IMG/VR virus record: IMGVR_UViG_3300020474_000993
Length of the DNA: 64,000 bases
Reading direction: 5' to 3' (one strand)
Source of the DNA: a virus
Both the position numbers and the translations under genes were made by a program. This document shows, piece by piece, positions 9,228 through 19,962 of the stretch (position 1 is its first letter; every line of letters starts with the position of its first letter). The notes under the pieces were generated by a model that saw only the letters and a list, made by a program, of their open reading frames with translations, was not told where the DNA came from and did not search any database.

Positions 9228-10842
9228 ACAATCATATCACGGTAATCCTAATCTAAAACAAATTGGATATCTACACGATTTTTCTAAAGAACAACTAGAA
9301 GAATTAATTAAGTGTGAAAGTGACCCCATTTATTTTATAGAGAATTATTGTAAAATAGTTACATTGGATAAAGGTCTACAAGCTTTTAAACTGTACGATT
9401 GTCAGAAGAAAAAAGTTGATTTCATTATGAATAATAGAAAAACTATTCTAATGGAAGGTAGACAGCAAGGTAAAACAGTAACAGCTGCCGCTTGTCTGTT
9501 ACATTACACGGTTTTTAATAGTGACAAGACAGTTGCTATCATGGCAAACAAAACTGCGGCTGCCAGAGAAGTGTTAAACAGATACCAAACTATGTATGAG
9601 AATCTTCCTATCTGGATGCAACAGGGGGTTAAGACATGGAACAAGGGTGATGTAGACTTGGAGAATGGTTCTCGCGTGTTTACATCTGCAACCACTGCCT
9701 CTGGTATTCGGGGTAAATCAGTTAACTGGTTGTACATTGATGAGGCTGCAATCATACCAAACAATATAGCAGATGAATTTTTTGCATCTGTGTACCCTAC
9801 TATCTCTGCTGGTGAGACCACAAAAATTCTTTTGACATCTACACCATTGGGATATAATCATTTTTGGAAGTTTTGGAATGAATCGGACAAGGGTACTAAT
9901 GGATTTGACAATATGTTCATTCCATATACTGAAATTCCAGGCCGAGATGACGATTGGGCAGAAGAACAACTTAAATTATTAGGTGAGGTTAAGTTCAACC
10001 AAGAAGTTTTATGTGACTTCTTAGGGTCAAGTAATACATTGATTAACGGTAAATCCCTTGGGGTAATGTCTTCAATAGACCCAATTTATAAGAAAGATGG
10101 TCTGGACATTTATGAAGAACCTCAAGAAGATAAATATTATGTCATATCGGCAGATACCTCTAGGGGTATCGGTGGTGACTACTCTGCTTTTATAGTAGTG
10201 GACATCACTCAAATGCCGTTTAAGGTTGTTGGTAAGTATAGGGATAACAAAGTTTCCCCATTATTATATCCAGATTTTATTAGTAAAGTCGCAAAAGATT
10301 TTAATGATGCTTATGTGTTACTTGAGACAAACGATATAGGTCAACAAGTAGTAGATATACTTCACCAAGAACTAGAGTATGAGAATATTTTTAGTTGTGT
10401 ACAGGAAAAGAACAAACAATATGTTTCGCCTGGCTTCGGAAAACAAAGTACTCTAGGGGTGCGAACATCAAAAGCAGTAAAAAGACAGGGATGTTTGGCA
10501 CTAAAAAGTTTGATTGAAGAACAGAAGTTCTTATTATTTGATGCTGAGTGTATAAGTGAACTCTCAACTTTTGTTGAAAGAAGTGGTACATTTGCTGCTG
10601 ATGAAGGTTACCACGATGACCTTGCAATGTGTATGGTACTATTTGCATGGTTATCTACTAATACATTCTTTAAGGATTTGACTAATGTTGATATTCGTGA
10701 CAATTTGTATAATTCACAAATGAGAATGATAGAAAACGATTTGACACCATTTGGACTTGTTGTTAATGGACATGAACCAGAGGCAGAAGTGATGGGTGGT
10801 GACTATTGGATATGGGCAGATGAGAAAGAAAAAATTTTATAA
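9214..10842 (+). CDS. gp17: Terminase large subunit gp17
   Basis: RQQGKT Walker A, YIDEAA Walker B, HDDLAM nuclease motif. Confidence 0.97.
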   Translation: MSKIEQSYHGNPNLKQIGYLHDFSKEQLEELIKCESDPIYFIENYCKIVTLDKGLQAFKLYDCQKKKVDFIMNNRKTILMEGRQQGKTVTAAACLLHYTVFNSDKTVAIMANKTAAAREVLNRYQTMYENLPIWMQQGVKTWNKGDVDLENGSRVFTSATTASGIRGKSVNWLYIDEAAIIPNNIADEFFASVYPTISAGETTKILLTSTPLGYNHFWKFWNESDKGTNGFDNMFIPYTEIPGRDDDWAEEQLKLLGEVKFNQEVLCDFLGSSNTLINGKSLGVMSSIDPIYKKDGLDIYEEPQEDKYYVISADTSRGIGGDYSAFIVVDITQMPFKVVGKYRDNKVSPLLYPDFISKVAKDFNDAYVLLETNDIGQQVVDILHQELEYENIFSCVQEKNKQYVSPGFGKQSTLGVRTSKAVKRQGCLALKSLIEEQKFLLFDAECISELSTFVERSGTFAADEGYHDDLAMCMVLFAWLSTNTFFKDLTNVDIRDNLYNSQMRMIENDLTPFGLVVNGHEPEAEVMGGDYWIWADEKEKIL

Positions 10843-10845
10843 ATA
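10838..10845 (+). promoter_or_regulatory. Late promoter TATAAATA
   Basis: Consensus upstream of gp18. Confidence 0.8.
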
Positions 10846-10905
10846 ATTGTTAGGAATAACTATTTAGTCAAGATAGATTAAAAACGAAATACGAAGGAGA
10901 ACAAA

Positions 10906-12858
10906 ATGGCTTTCCAATTATCGCCGGGCGTCTTAACGAAAGAACAAGACCTTACTAATGTTGTCCCCGCTGTAGCCACCACAATTGGTGGAATATCGGG
11001 AGACTTCCAATGGGGGCCTGCTCATGAGATTGTTGCTGTAAGTAGCGAAAACAATCTTGTAGAAAGGTTTGGTAAACCCACATCAAGTGTATATTATGAC
11101 CACATGGTAGCATCAAGTTTCTTGGCTTACGGTTCACAACTGTTAACTATCCGAGAAGTTGGTGCAGCTGCTAGAAATGCAGTGAGCACTGGTACTGCTG
11201 TAATAATTAAAAACCGAGGACTGTATGACGAGAACTATGCATCTGGTCAAGGTAGTGTTGGCCCTTGGGCTGCAAAGTATGCTGGTACTCTAGGTAATGC
11301 TCTTAAAGTAGAAATTGCAGATATCACTTCTGCATCTGGATTATCAGTCGGTTCAACAACAATAACCGCTGCTGGTTCTGGATATTCAGCCGCAACAGTA
11401 ACATTTTCTGACCCAACAGGTGTAACTCCTGCTAACGGTGGTATTACTGCTACTGGTACGGTTGCTTTAAGTGGTAACAATGTTCAATCAATCACAATTA
11501 CAAATCCAGGCTACGGATATACATCTGCGCCTACATTGACAATTGGTGGTGATGGTTCATCTGCAACTGCAACTGCTACGCTACAAACCGCGTGGACATA
11601 CAAAGACCAATTTGATTTTACACCAACCACAACAACACACGCTAAGAACAATGGCGCAACATATGACATGGTTCATGTTATCGTTATTGACGAAACAGGT
11701 GAAATCTCTGGAACTGCTGGAACAGTCCTAGAAAAATTTGCTGGACTTTCCAAGGCATCTGATGCCAGAGATGATTTAAATCAAACAAACTTTTATAAAA
11801 ATGTAATTAATGACCGTTCAGAATGGATATACTGGATGGATTATCCTACTACTGTCACATCGACATCTGGTAGTGCATGGGGAAGTTCTTCTGCTGGAGG
11901 AACTAGATTTGAAACATTGTCTGGTTCTGCTGCTGGAGATGTCTCAACTTCACTTGGAAGTGGTGTTGATGCTGCTCCTGCTACTGCTGACTTACAGTCT
12001 GGATATGGACTTTTCGCAAATGACGAATTAGTAGATGTTAACTTAATACTTAACTCTGCACACGCGACTGCTGTAGGAGATTACATTATCGATAATGTTG
12101 CTGAGATTCGTAAAGATGCAATGGTATTCATCTCACCACAGAGAAGTGCTGTAGTTAATAACGAAGGTTCAGAAGCAACATCAATTATTTCAACATCTGA
12201 CCTTAATGCATATACTCGCTCATCATATGCAGTGTATGATTCTGGTTGGAAATATATGTACGACAAGTACAATGACCGATATGTCTACATTCCTTTGAAT
12301 GGTGATATCGCTGGTACTTGTGTAGTTACAGATAAAGCAGATGACCCTTGGTTCTCGCCAGGCGGACTTAATAGAGGACAGATTAAAAATGCAATCAAAC
12401 TTGCATGGTCACCTAATAAGGCACAAAGAGATACACTTTACACTAAAGGTGTAAACCCTGTAATCTCAACGCCAGGCAATGGTATCATATTGTTTGGAGA
12501 CAAGACAATGCTTGATACACCAAGTGCATTTAACAGGATTAATGTCCGTAGGTTGTTTATTGTTCTTGAAAAGGCAATTGCAACTGCTGCTAAATTCCAA
12601 TTATTCGAGTTCAATGATGCTTTCACAAGGGCACAATTTACTGCTCTAGTAGAACCTTTCTTACGAGATGTTCAAGGACGAAGAGGTATCTTTGATTTCC
12701 GTGTAGTATGTGACGAAACAAATAACACAAGTGCTGTAATAGACGCTAATGAGTTTAGGGCCGACATCTTTGTCAAACCTGCCAAGTCTATTAACTTCAT
12801 CACTCTGACTTTTGTTGCAACCAGAAGCGGAATTTCTTTTGAAGAACTTGGCGGTTAA
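10906..12858 (+). CDS. gp18: Tail sheath protein gp18
   Basis: MAFQLSPGV, RINVRRLF, FEFND, KPAKSINFITL. Confidence 0.97.
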   Translation: MAFQLSPGVLTKEQDLTNVVPAVATTIGGISGDFQWGPAHEIVAVSSENNLVERFGKPTSSVYYDHMVASSFLAYGSQLLTIREVGAAARNAVSTGTAVIIKNRGLYDENYASGQGSVGPWAAKYAGTLGNALKVEIADITSASGLSVGSTTITAAGSGYSAATVTFSDPTGVTPANGGITATGTVALSGNNVQSITITNPGYGYTSAPTLTIGGDGSSATATATLQTAWTYKDQFDFTPTTTTHAKNNGATYDMVHVIVIDETGEISGTAGTVLEKFAGLSKASDARDDLNQTNFYKNVINDRSEWIYWMDYPTTVTSTSGSAWGSSSAGGTRFETLSGSAAGDVSTSLGSGVDAAPATADLQSGYGLFANDELVDVNLILNSAHATAVGDYIIDNVAEIRKDAMVFISPQRSAVVNNEGSEATSIISTSDLNAYTRSSYAVYDSGWKYMYDKYNDRYVYIPLNGDIAGTCVVTDKADDPWFSPGGLNRGQIKNAIKLAWSPNKAQRDTLYTKGVNPVISTPGNGIILFGDKTMLDTPSAFNRINVRRLFIVLEKAIATAAKFQLFEFNDAFTRAQFTALVEPFLRDVQGRRGIFDFRVVCDETNNTSAVIDANEFRADIFVKPAKSINFITLTFVATRSGISFEELGG

Positions 12859-12893
12859 TAGAGATAAATAAAAAAAGTTAGGAGAAAAAACAG

Positions 12894-13412
12894 ATGAATA
12901 TTGAAGAGTTTAAAGCCAGACTAGGTGCTGGAGGTGCGAGACCTAATCAGTTTAGGGTAAAGCTTGCCTTCCCTTCCTATGTAACTGGTGTTGACCCATC
13001 GTACAGTTTGCTCGTAACTGGGGCCGCCCTTCCCGCTTCCAATGTAAACCCTGCTATCATACAATATCGTGGTAGGGAAATCAAACTTGCAGGCGAAAGG
13101 ATTTTTGACCCTTGGACTATTACAGTCGTAAATGACTCAGATTTTAGTCTACGAGCACCATTTGAAGCTTGGATGAACGGTATGAATAACCGCGAAACCA
13201 ATGAAGCTATTACTTTGGAACCATCTGGTTACCAGAGTGATATTGTTGTAGAACATTTAGATAGGAATGACAAAGTGTTAGAGAACGGAACTTACACATT
13301 AAGAAACGCATTTCCTATTCAGATGTCAGAGATTGCACTAAACTATGCACAGAATGACATCTTTGAAGAATTTACGGTGACATGGCAATACACACATTAT
13401 GATGTAGAATAA
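12894..13412 (+). CDS. gp19: Tail tube protein gp19
   Basis: GARPNQF, YRGR..KLAGER.FDPWTITV.ND. Confidence 0.95.
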   Translation: MNIEEFKARLGAGGARPNQFRVKLAFPSYVTGVDPSYSLLVTGAALPASNVNPAIIQYRGREIKLAGERIFDPWTITVVNDSDFSLRAPFEAWMNGMNNRETNEAITLEPSGYQSDIVVEHLDRNDKVLENGTYTLRNAFPIQMSEIALNYAQNDIFEEFTVTWQYTHYDVE

Positions 13413-13438
13413 TCTACAGGTTGAAGAAGGTATAAATT

Positions 13439-14956
13439 ATGGAATTATTTGGATTTGAAATAAAAAGATCCAAGTCAGAGTCGGAAAAAAGTTTTGTTCC
13501 GCCACATGACGATGGGTCAATAGAAAGTATAAAAGCTGGTGGATACTACGGTACTTACTTTGATATAGAAGGAACTGCTAATAGTGAGACCATGCTTATT
13601 AAGAGGTATAGAGATATATCTCAAATGGGGGATGTTGATGCGGCCATTGAGGATGTTGTCAACGATGCCATTGCAAACTTGGATGATGAGAAACCTGTTA
13701 AGTTAAATCTTGACAATGTTCAACAATCTGCCACGGTGAAAAAGGCGATTGTATCTGAGTTTGATGGGGTTCTTAGGATGTTGGATTTCAACACTAGGGC
13801 CCAAGATTATTTTAGGCGATGGTATATTGATGGAAGAATATTCTTTCACAAGGTCATCGACACTGAAAAGCCTAAAGAAGGTATAAAGGATGTTCGTTAT
13901 GTTGACCCAAGGAAAATCCGAAAGGTCAGAGAGATTAAAAAAGAGAAAGATAAATCAACTCAAGTAACTCTCGTTAAAGATGTACAAGAATATTTTGTGT
14001 TTGATGAAAAGGGAATTGCCACCAACTCGCAACTGTCCTATAGGTCAGAAGCAGTTAATGAAAAGGCAATCAAGGTTAGCAAAGATTCCGTTACATATTG
14101 TACATCGGGACTAGTTGACCAAGATAGGAATATACCACTTTCCTATCTTCACAAGGCGATACGCCCTGCTAACCAATTGAGAATGATGGAGAACGCAGTG
14201 GTTATATATCGTATCACACGCGCTCCAGAAAGAAGAATTTTTTATATAGATGTTGGAAATCTGCCAACAGGAAAGGCGGAACAATATCTAAAAGATGTTA
14301 TGAGTCGCTATAGAAACAAACTTGTTTACGATAGTGACACTGGTGAAATAAGGGATGACAAGAAATTTATGTCAATGCTTGAAGACTTCTGGTTACCAAG
14401 GAAAGAAGGTGGCAGAGGAACAGAGATTCAAACATTGCCAGGCGGTGCTAACTTAGGTGAGATTGAAGATGTAGTTTACTTCCAAAAGAAACTATACCAA
14501 TCTCTCAATGTCCCTGTTTCAAGATTGGAACAGCAGACAGGATTAAACTTTGGTAGGTCTGCCGAGATTACTAGAGATGAACTTAAATTTACTAAGTTTG
14601 TTTCAAAGTTGAGAAATAGGTTTAGTGGGATATTTGATGACCTACTAAAAACTCAACTGGTTTTAAAAGGGGTCATTAACGAGGAAGAATGGCCAGATAT
14701 TAAGAATGACCTACAGTATATGTTTGCAAGTGATGCTTACTATACTGAGTCTAAAGACCAAGAGGTTCTTAGAAGTAGGTTAGAAATATTAAATGGTATA
14801 GTTCCATTTATGGGACAATTGTTTAGTAAGGAATATGTGCAGAAAAATATCATGCGATTCTCTGACGAAGAGATAAATATGATAGAAGGACAAATTGCAG
14901 CTGCCCAAGAAGCAGAAGCTGGTAATGAAATAACTAATGGAGATAAAGATGAGTGA
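13439..14956 (+). CDS. gp20: Portal protein gp20
   Basis: RAPERRIFYIDVGNLP, EDFWLPRKEGGRGTEI. Confidence 0.97.
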   Translation: MELFGFEIKRSKSESEKSFVPPHDDGSIESIKAGGYYGTYFDIEGTANSETMLIKRYRDISQMGDVDAAIEDVVNDAIANLDDEKPVKLNLDNVQQSATVKKAIVSEFDGVLRMLDFNTRAQDYFRRWYIDGRIFFHKVIDTEKPKEGIKDVRYVDPRKIRKVREIKKEKDKSTQVTLVKDVQEYFVFDEKGIATNSQLSYRSEAVNEKAIKVSKDSVTYCTSGLVDQDRNIPLSYLHKAIRPANQLRMMENAVVIYRITRAPERRIFYIDVGNLPTGKAEQYLKDVMSRYRNKLVYDSDTGEIRDDKKFMSMLEDFWLPRKEGGRGTEIQTLPGGANLGEIEDVVYFQKKLYQSLNVPVSRLEQQTGLNFGRSAEITRDELKFTKFVSKLRNRFSGIFDDLLKTQLVLKGVINEEEWPDIKNDLQYMFASDAYYTESKDQEVLRSRLEILNGIVPFMGQLFSKEYVQKNIMRFSDEEINMIEGQIAAAQEAEAGNEITNGDKDE

Positions 14957-15233
14957 AACAGATAATGTAGAAGTAGAAATTGCTGATGAAGTAACACCAC
15001 AAGATGCTGTCAGAAACATGATGGATAAGTGGGCAGACGGTGATTATACTGGAGCAAATGATGAGTTTGCAAAAGCTATGGGTACAAGGGCGGATGAATT
15101 AGTATCTGCTAGGAAAGAAGATATATCAAATGCGATATTTAATGACCCAGAACTTCAGAAGATGGGACTTGAAGCTGCACCAGAAGAGATAGAACAAACA
15201 GAAACCGAAGGGGAAACTGATGAAGACATTTAA
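14949..15233 (+). CDS. Acidic prohead core protein (gp67-like position)
   Basis: Highly acidic, directly after the portal. Confidence 0.55.
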   Translation: MSETDNVEVEIADEVTPQDAVRNMMDKWADGDYTGANDEFAKAMGTRADELVSARKEDISNAIFNDPELQKMGLEAAPEEIEQTETEGETDEDI

Positions 15234-15573
15234 AGAGTTACGCGAAGAAGCGCAACCAGTAGAAAAACCTAGTAAGGAAAAAGCTACTGCTAACCATCCT
15301 GCTGAAGACGGCACGGAAGGTGATGTCAAGCCCCCAAAACAGGGAAGTTCGGATGACCCTAAACTCACACATATGTGTGCATTGAAGGTAGTCCATCCCA
15401 AATTCGGTGAGGGAAAACCGATAGTAGGTGAGCACGCTGAACCTAATAAAGAAGGGGAAATTGCTTGGTATCGGGTTATGTTTGAACATGGAGTGGAAAT
15501 GTGTGAAACTTATTCTCTTGACATTTTACAAGAGGGCGCACACGGCAATCATTCCAAGAAAAAAGGATATTAG
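15220..15573 (+). CDS. Hypothetical head-associated protein with capsid-targeting-like N-terminus
   Basis: MKTFKELREE resembles the T4 internal-protein leader MKTYQEFIAE. Confidence 0.5.
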   Translation: MKTFKELREEAQPVEKPSKEKATANHPAEDGTEGDVKPPKQGSSDDPKLTHMCALKVVHPKFGEGKPIVGEHAEPNKEGEIAWYRVMFEHGVEMCETYSLDILQEGAHGNHSKKKGY

Positions 15574-15583
15574 GAGAAACTAA

Positions 15584-15973
15584 ATGGCAGTCGTAGTCGA
15601 TGTTTTAAAACTTACTCAAGTACAAGGAGTATGTGCCGTTCGTGGGACAGCTGCGACAGGTACTATTGCTCTTGCAACCACTCTGAAAAAGAGTACGGAG
15701 ACTCAAAGTTCTCCTAAGGCAGATATAAAAGCCATTCATTGGACTTTATCTGCAAGTGCAAGTGCAAAGATACAAAGGAATAGTGATGTTCTCTATGAAT
15801 TAACAGAGAGCGGGTCACTAGATTTTTACGGATTCAATGACAATCACCAGAATGACCAAGATATAGAAGTCGTTATTGCTGGTGGTGCAGGCGGAACGGT
15901 AATAGTAGAGACTGCCAAGATAAGTGGATATGGTTCACAACAACACCAAGGTGCAGATGGAGACTTAGGATAA
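15584..15973 (+). CDS. Hypothetical structural protein
   Basis: GGAG RBS, coupled to gp21, within the head block. Confidence 0.55.
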   Translation: MAVVVDVLKLTQVQGVCAVRGTAATGTIALATTLKKSTETQSSPKADIKAIHWTLSASASAKIQRNSDVLYELTESGSLDFYGFNDNHQNDQDIEVVIAGGAGGTVIVETAKISGYGSQQHQGADGDLG

Positions 15974-16626
15974 TGAAACTCATAACAGAAACAACAGAAG
16001 ATATTAAGTATCTAAAAGAAGAAAGTAACGGTAAGACAAATCTTTTTATTGAGGGAGTTTTCCTACAATCTGACCTTAAAAACAGGAACGGTAGAGTATA
16101 CCCACGCGAAATTATGCAAAGGGAAGTAGACCGTTATGTAAAAGAAAGCATCGACAAGAAAAGGGCAATGGGTGAATTAGGACACCCAGACGGCCCAACA
16201 ATCAATTTAGACCGTGTATCACATATGATAACTTCTTTGAGAGAAGACGGTTCCAATTATATTGGAAAAGCAAAAATTCTTGATACACCTATGGGAAACA
16301 TCGTAAAGAACCTTATTGACGAAGGTGCCTCCCTTGGTGTGAGTTCTAGGGGACTAGGAACTTTAAAAGAAAAGAATGGCATCAACGAGGTACAAGATGA
16401 CTTTGTACTATCAACCGCTGCTGATATAGTAGCAGACCCATCCGCTCCAGACGCCTTTGTAAGAGGTATCATGGAACACAAAGAGTGGGTAATGGTTGAA
16501 GGGGCTTGGATGGAACAGGACATAGACCTTGCAGTACGGAGAATTAAGAGAACTAATATCCGTGAACTGGAAGAAGCAAAGATGGAAGTGTTCAGTTCAT
16601 TCATGGATAAGTTATCAAAAATCTAA
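15973..16626 (+). CDS. gp21: Prohead protease gp21
   Basis: NRNGRVYP, GELGHP, GVSSRGLG, DIVADPSAPDAFV. Confidence 0.97.
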   Translation: MKLITETTEDIKYLKEESNGKTNLFIEGVFLQSDLKNRNGRVYPREIMQREVDRYVKESIDKKRAMGELGHPDGPTINLDRVSHMITSLREDGSNYIGKAKILDTPMGNIVKNLIDEGASLGVSSRGLGTLKEKNGINEVQDDFVLSTAADIVADPSAPDAFVRGIMEHKEWVMVEGAWMEQDIDLAVRRIKRTNIRELEEAKMEVFSSFMDKLSKI

Positions 16627-16631
16627 AGATT

Positions 16632-16639
16632 TATAAATA
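16632..16639 (+). promoter_or_regulatory. Late promoter TATAAATA
   Basis: Consensus upstream of gp22. Confidence 0.8.
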
Positions 16640-16676
16640 AATACAGTATAACGCAAATCTCAAAGGAGAAATTAAC

Positions 16677-17915
16677 ATGGGCGTAGAAAGCAAAATAAGA
16701 GAAATGCTCGCAAAGGGTAAGGAAGTAGAATCCGCTCTTAACGAGGAGACTCAAGAACTGGATGAGGCAGGAGCAGCTGAAAATCTAAAACCAAACGCAA
16801 CTGGTGGTGATTCAAGTAATCCAACTCAAGGGAACTCAAACCCTAATCCAGAAATTCAAGACCTTAGTGGAACTGGAGACAAGCATGGTGGTTTAACATC
16901 TGCTATTGGCACCGCTTCCGCATCAAAAATCGGTGACGCACCAAGACCTGCTAATTCAGGCGCTGGTCAGGCACCAAACTATGACGGTGGTACAGATACC
17001 GCATCCGTAGTTGCTCAGAAATCTTCCGAAGGTATTCGTGAAGACGAAGAGATTGAAGACGAAATAATCGCTGAAGATGAAGTAGAAACTGAAGAAGAAG
17101 AAGTTGTTACTGAATCCGAAGTAGAGGAAGTAGAATCAGAAGAAGAGGAGGACACAGAGGTGTCAGAAGATCAAGAAGAAGAAACTCTGTTTGAAAACGA
17201 CATCAAAAACCTTTTCGCTGACGAGGAACACCTCTCAGAAGAATTTAAAGTAAAGGCTGCTGAATTATTTGAAACAGTAGTCACTGCAAGACTTGCTAAC
17301 GAAATGGAATCCATTCAGAAAGAACTTGAAGAACAATCCAATATGGAAAGAGAAACCTTCAAGGAAGAGATGGTTGGTAAAATTGACCAATATCTCAACT
17401 ATGTCGCTGAGAACTGGATGAAAGAAAACGAGCTTGCAATAGAGCGCGGTCTTAGGACTGAAATAACAGAAGACTTTATTAAGTCACTGAAGAATGTATT
17501 CGCAGAACACTACATTGAAGTACCACAAGACAAGTACGATGTATTGGGCGAAATGCAAGACGAAATTGAGTCGCTTAAAAAGAAACTCAATGAGTCAGTT
17601 GAGGCGCAGATTAATCTTACCACTGATAGGGAATCGCTAATGCGTTCCAAAGTTATCGGTGAGATAACTGAAGATTTAACATTAACAGAAAAAGAAAAAC
17701 TTACTTCTTTACTTGAAGATGTTGAATTCGGAAGCAAAGAGATGTTTGCAGAAAAAGTAACTGTTGTTAAAGAGAACTATTTCCCTAAACAAAAAGAGGT
17801 TCTTTCAGAAGAGTCAGATTCAAAACTGACTGATACTGTACCAGAATCTATGCTTGAAGAGGGTAGTGTAGTTAACAAGTACGCTCAAGCGATTTCCAGA
17901 CAACTTAAAAAATAA
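16677..17915 (+). CDS. gp22: Prohead scaffold gp22
   Basis: Acidic; YLNYVAENWMKENELAIERGLR; synteny. Confidence 0.92.
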   Translation: MGVESKIREMLAKGKEVESALNEETQELDEAGAAENLKPNATGGDSSNPTQGNSNPNPEIQDLSGTGDKHGGLTSAIGTASASKIGDAPRPANSGAGQAPNYDGGTDTASVVAQKSSEGIREDEEIEDEIIAEDEVETEEEEVVTESEVEEVESEEEEDTEVSEDQEEETLFENDIKNLFADEEHLSEEFKVKAAELFETVVTARLANEMESIQKELEEQSNMERETFKEEMVGKIDQYLNYVAENWMKENELAIERGLRTEITEDFIKSLKNVFAEHYIEVPQDKYDVLGEMQDEIESLKKKLNESVEAQINLTTDRESLMRSKVIGEITEDLTLTEKEKLTSLLEDVEFGSKEMFAEKVTVVKENYFPKQKEVLSEESDSKLTDTVPESMLEEGSVVNKYAQAISRQLKK

Positions 17916-17921
17916 GTTTAT

Positions 17922-17929
17922 TATAAATA
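17922..17929 (+). promoter_or_regulatory. Late promoter TATAAATA
   Basis: Consensus upstream of gp23. Confidence 0.85.
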
Positions 17930-17969
17930 CCAATAGGTAACAACCAAAGAAAGTAAATAGGAGACTACA

Positions 17970-19232
17970 ATGTATCTTTCAGAAGAAATCCAAAAAAAGT
18001 GGAGTCCAGTATTGGATCACCCCGACCTTGGCGAAATCAAGGACGGCTACCGTAAAGCGGTAACTGCTGTCATTCTTGAAAACCAAGAGAAGGCACTTGC
18101 CGAAGAGAAGAATATCACTGAGGCAGTCCACGCAAATAATATGTCAAGTGCAGTTGACACTTATGACCCCATCCTTATCTCATTAGTAAGACGAGCTCTT
18201 CCTAATTTGATGGCGTATGATGTCTGTGGTGTTCAACCAATGACAGGGCCAACTGGTCTTATCTTTGCCATGAAATCACATTATACTTCACAAACAGGAA
18301 CAGAAGCCCTGTTTAACGAAGCTGATACTGATTTCGCTGGTACAGGTACGCACGCTGGTTCAAACCCAGTTGACGGAACATATACAACTGGTACTGGTGT
18401 AACTAGAGACAACGCAGAGTTGTTTGGTGACACTGTAACTTTAAACCAAATGGCGTTCTCAATTGAGAAAACAACTGTAACCGCTAAGTCACGAGCTCTT
18501 AAAGCAGAATATACTGTGGAACTTGCTCAAGACCTTAAAGCTGTTCACGGTTTAGACGCTGAGTCAGAATTGTCAAACATTCTTTCTCAAGAAATTCTCG
18601 CTGAGATTAACCGAGAAGTAATTAGAACTATCTACAAAGTTTCCAAGACAGGTGCTGCTTCGACTGCATCCGCTGGTACTTTCGACCTTGATGTTGATTC
18701 AAATGGTCGTTGGTCTGTAGAAAGGTTCAAGGGTCTCTTGTTCAACATTGAACGAGATGCTAATGTTATTGCTCAAGATACTCGTAGAGGGAAAGGTAAC
18801 TTCATCATCTGTTCTTCAGATGTTGCCTCTGCATTATCAATGGCTGGTGTATTAGATTACACTCCTGCTCTTGATACTAATCTTAATGTTGATGACACAG
18901 GTAACACTTTTGCTGGTACTCTTAACGGACGCTACAAAGTGTATGTTGACCCTTATTCTGCTAACACTGGTGCTGCTAGTCAGTTCTATGTCTGTGGTTA
19001 TAAAGGAACTTCACCATATGACGCTGGTTTATTCTACTGTCCGTATGTACCTTTACAAATGGTTCGTGCGATTGACCCATCTACCTTCCAACCAAAAATT
19101 GGTTTCAAGACTAGGTATGGTATGATTGCTAACCCATTCGTAGTAGACGGTTCTGGTAACACAGATGGTGATACATTCACTGCTGACAGAAATCAGTACT
19201 ATAGGTCTGTAAAAGTTACTAACCTTATGTAA
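17970..19232 (+). CDS. gp23: Major capsid protein gp23
   Basis: GVQPMTGPTGLIFAM, ELAQDLKAVHGLDAE, FQPKIGFKTRYG. Confidence 0.98.
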   Translation: MYLSEEIQKKWSPVLDHPDLGEIKDGYRKAVTAVILENQEKALAEEKNITEAVHANNMSSAVDTYDPILISLVRRALPNLMAYDVCGVQPMTGPTGLIFAMKSHYTSQTGTEALFNEADTDFAGTGTHAGSNPVDGTYTTGTGVTRDNAELFGDTVTLNQMAFSIEKTTVTAKSRALKAEYTVELAQDLKAVHGLDAESELSNILSQEILAEINREVIRTIYKVSKTGAASTASAGTFDLDVDSNGRWSVERFKGLLFNIERDANVIAQDTRRGKGNFIICSSDVASALSMAGVLDYTPALDTNLNVDDTGNTFAGTLNGRYKVYVDPYSANTGAASQFYVCGYKGTSPYDAGLFYCPYVPLQMVRAIDPSTFQPKIGFKTRYGMIANPFVVDGSGNTDGDTFTADRNQYYRSVKVTNLM

Positions 19233-19274
19233 CAATAAGAGTTGGGACAACCAACCTAAAAACAAAAGTTTTCG

Positions 19275-19301
19275 AGGGAGTCTTAGGACTCCCTTTTTTT
19301 T
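19275..19301 (+). terminator. Intrinsic terminator after gp23
   Basis: AGGGAGTC-TTAG-GACTCCCT followed by a T run. Confidence 0.9.
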
Positions 19302-19305
19302 GGGC

Positions 19306-19334
19306 TTGACATTTGTTATAAATAGCAGTATAAT
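19306..19334 (+). promoter_or_regulatory. Nested promoters: sigma70 TTGACA-17-TATAAT with late TATAAATA (19317-19324) in the spacer
   Basis: Exact match to both consensus sequences. Confidence 0.8.
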
Positions 19335-19358
19335 ATTAATCAATTTAGGTTTAGAACA

Positions 19359-19946
19359 ATGGCATATACAGTAAATCCATCGGTATCAGAAGGTAATTTT
19401 GCAGCCCAGTCGGGTTCAGAACTTGATTACCTACGCCCTAATGGATTTAAATTTCAAGTTCATAACATACCAAATGTGTCTTTCTTTTGTCAAGGTGCAA
19501 ACATTCCCGATATGACTATCGGGTTCCCTGTACAAACTACACCGTTACAGGACATACCATTTCCCGGCGACAAACTCACTTTTGGTGACCTAAATATAAG
19601 ATTCCTAATACAAGAAAATATGACAAACTATATCGAATTGTATAACTGGTTGGTTGGATTAGGATTCCCAGAAAAACATTCGCAGTTTACAGACTTTGTT
19701 AAATCACAAGGTTGGAGAACTGGTGGTCAAAAACCTGCTAAGCAGGAGTCTATTGGTCAAGTCAGTGATGCAAGTTTGTTTGTCTTGGATTCTAATAACA
19801 ACCCTAACATGGAAATTTTATTTAGAGATGCTTTCCCAATCGCATTGAGTGGGTTAGACTTTGATATATCTGGTGGTGATTCACCTTACTTCACAGGACT
19901 GGCATCTTTCAAATATAGGATATTTAATATTAAATCTGTAACTTAA
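19359..19946 (+). CDS. gp3: Tail tube terminator gp3
   Basis: FFCQGANIP, PGDKLTFGDL.IRFLI.ENM.NY.ELYNWL. Confidence 0.88.
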   Translation: MAYTVNPSVSEGNFAAQSGSELDYLRPNGFKFQVHNIPNVSFFCQGANIPDMTIGFPVQTTPLQDIPFPGDKLTFGDLNIRFLIQENMTNYIELYNWLVGLGFPEKHSQFTDFVKSQGWRTGGQKPAKQESIGQVSDASLFVLDSNNNPNMEILFRDAFPIALSGLDFDISGGDSPYFTGLASFKYRIFNIKSVT

Positions 19947-19962
19947 CACCCAAGGATATATT

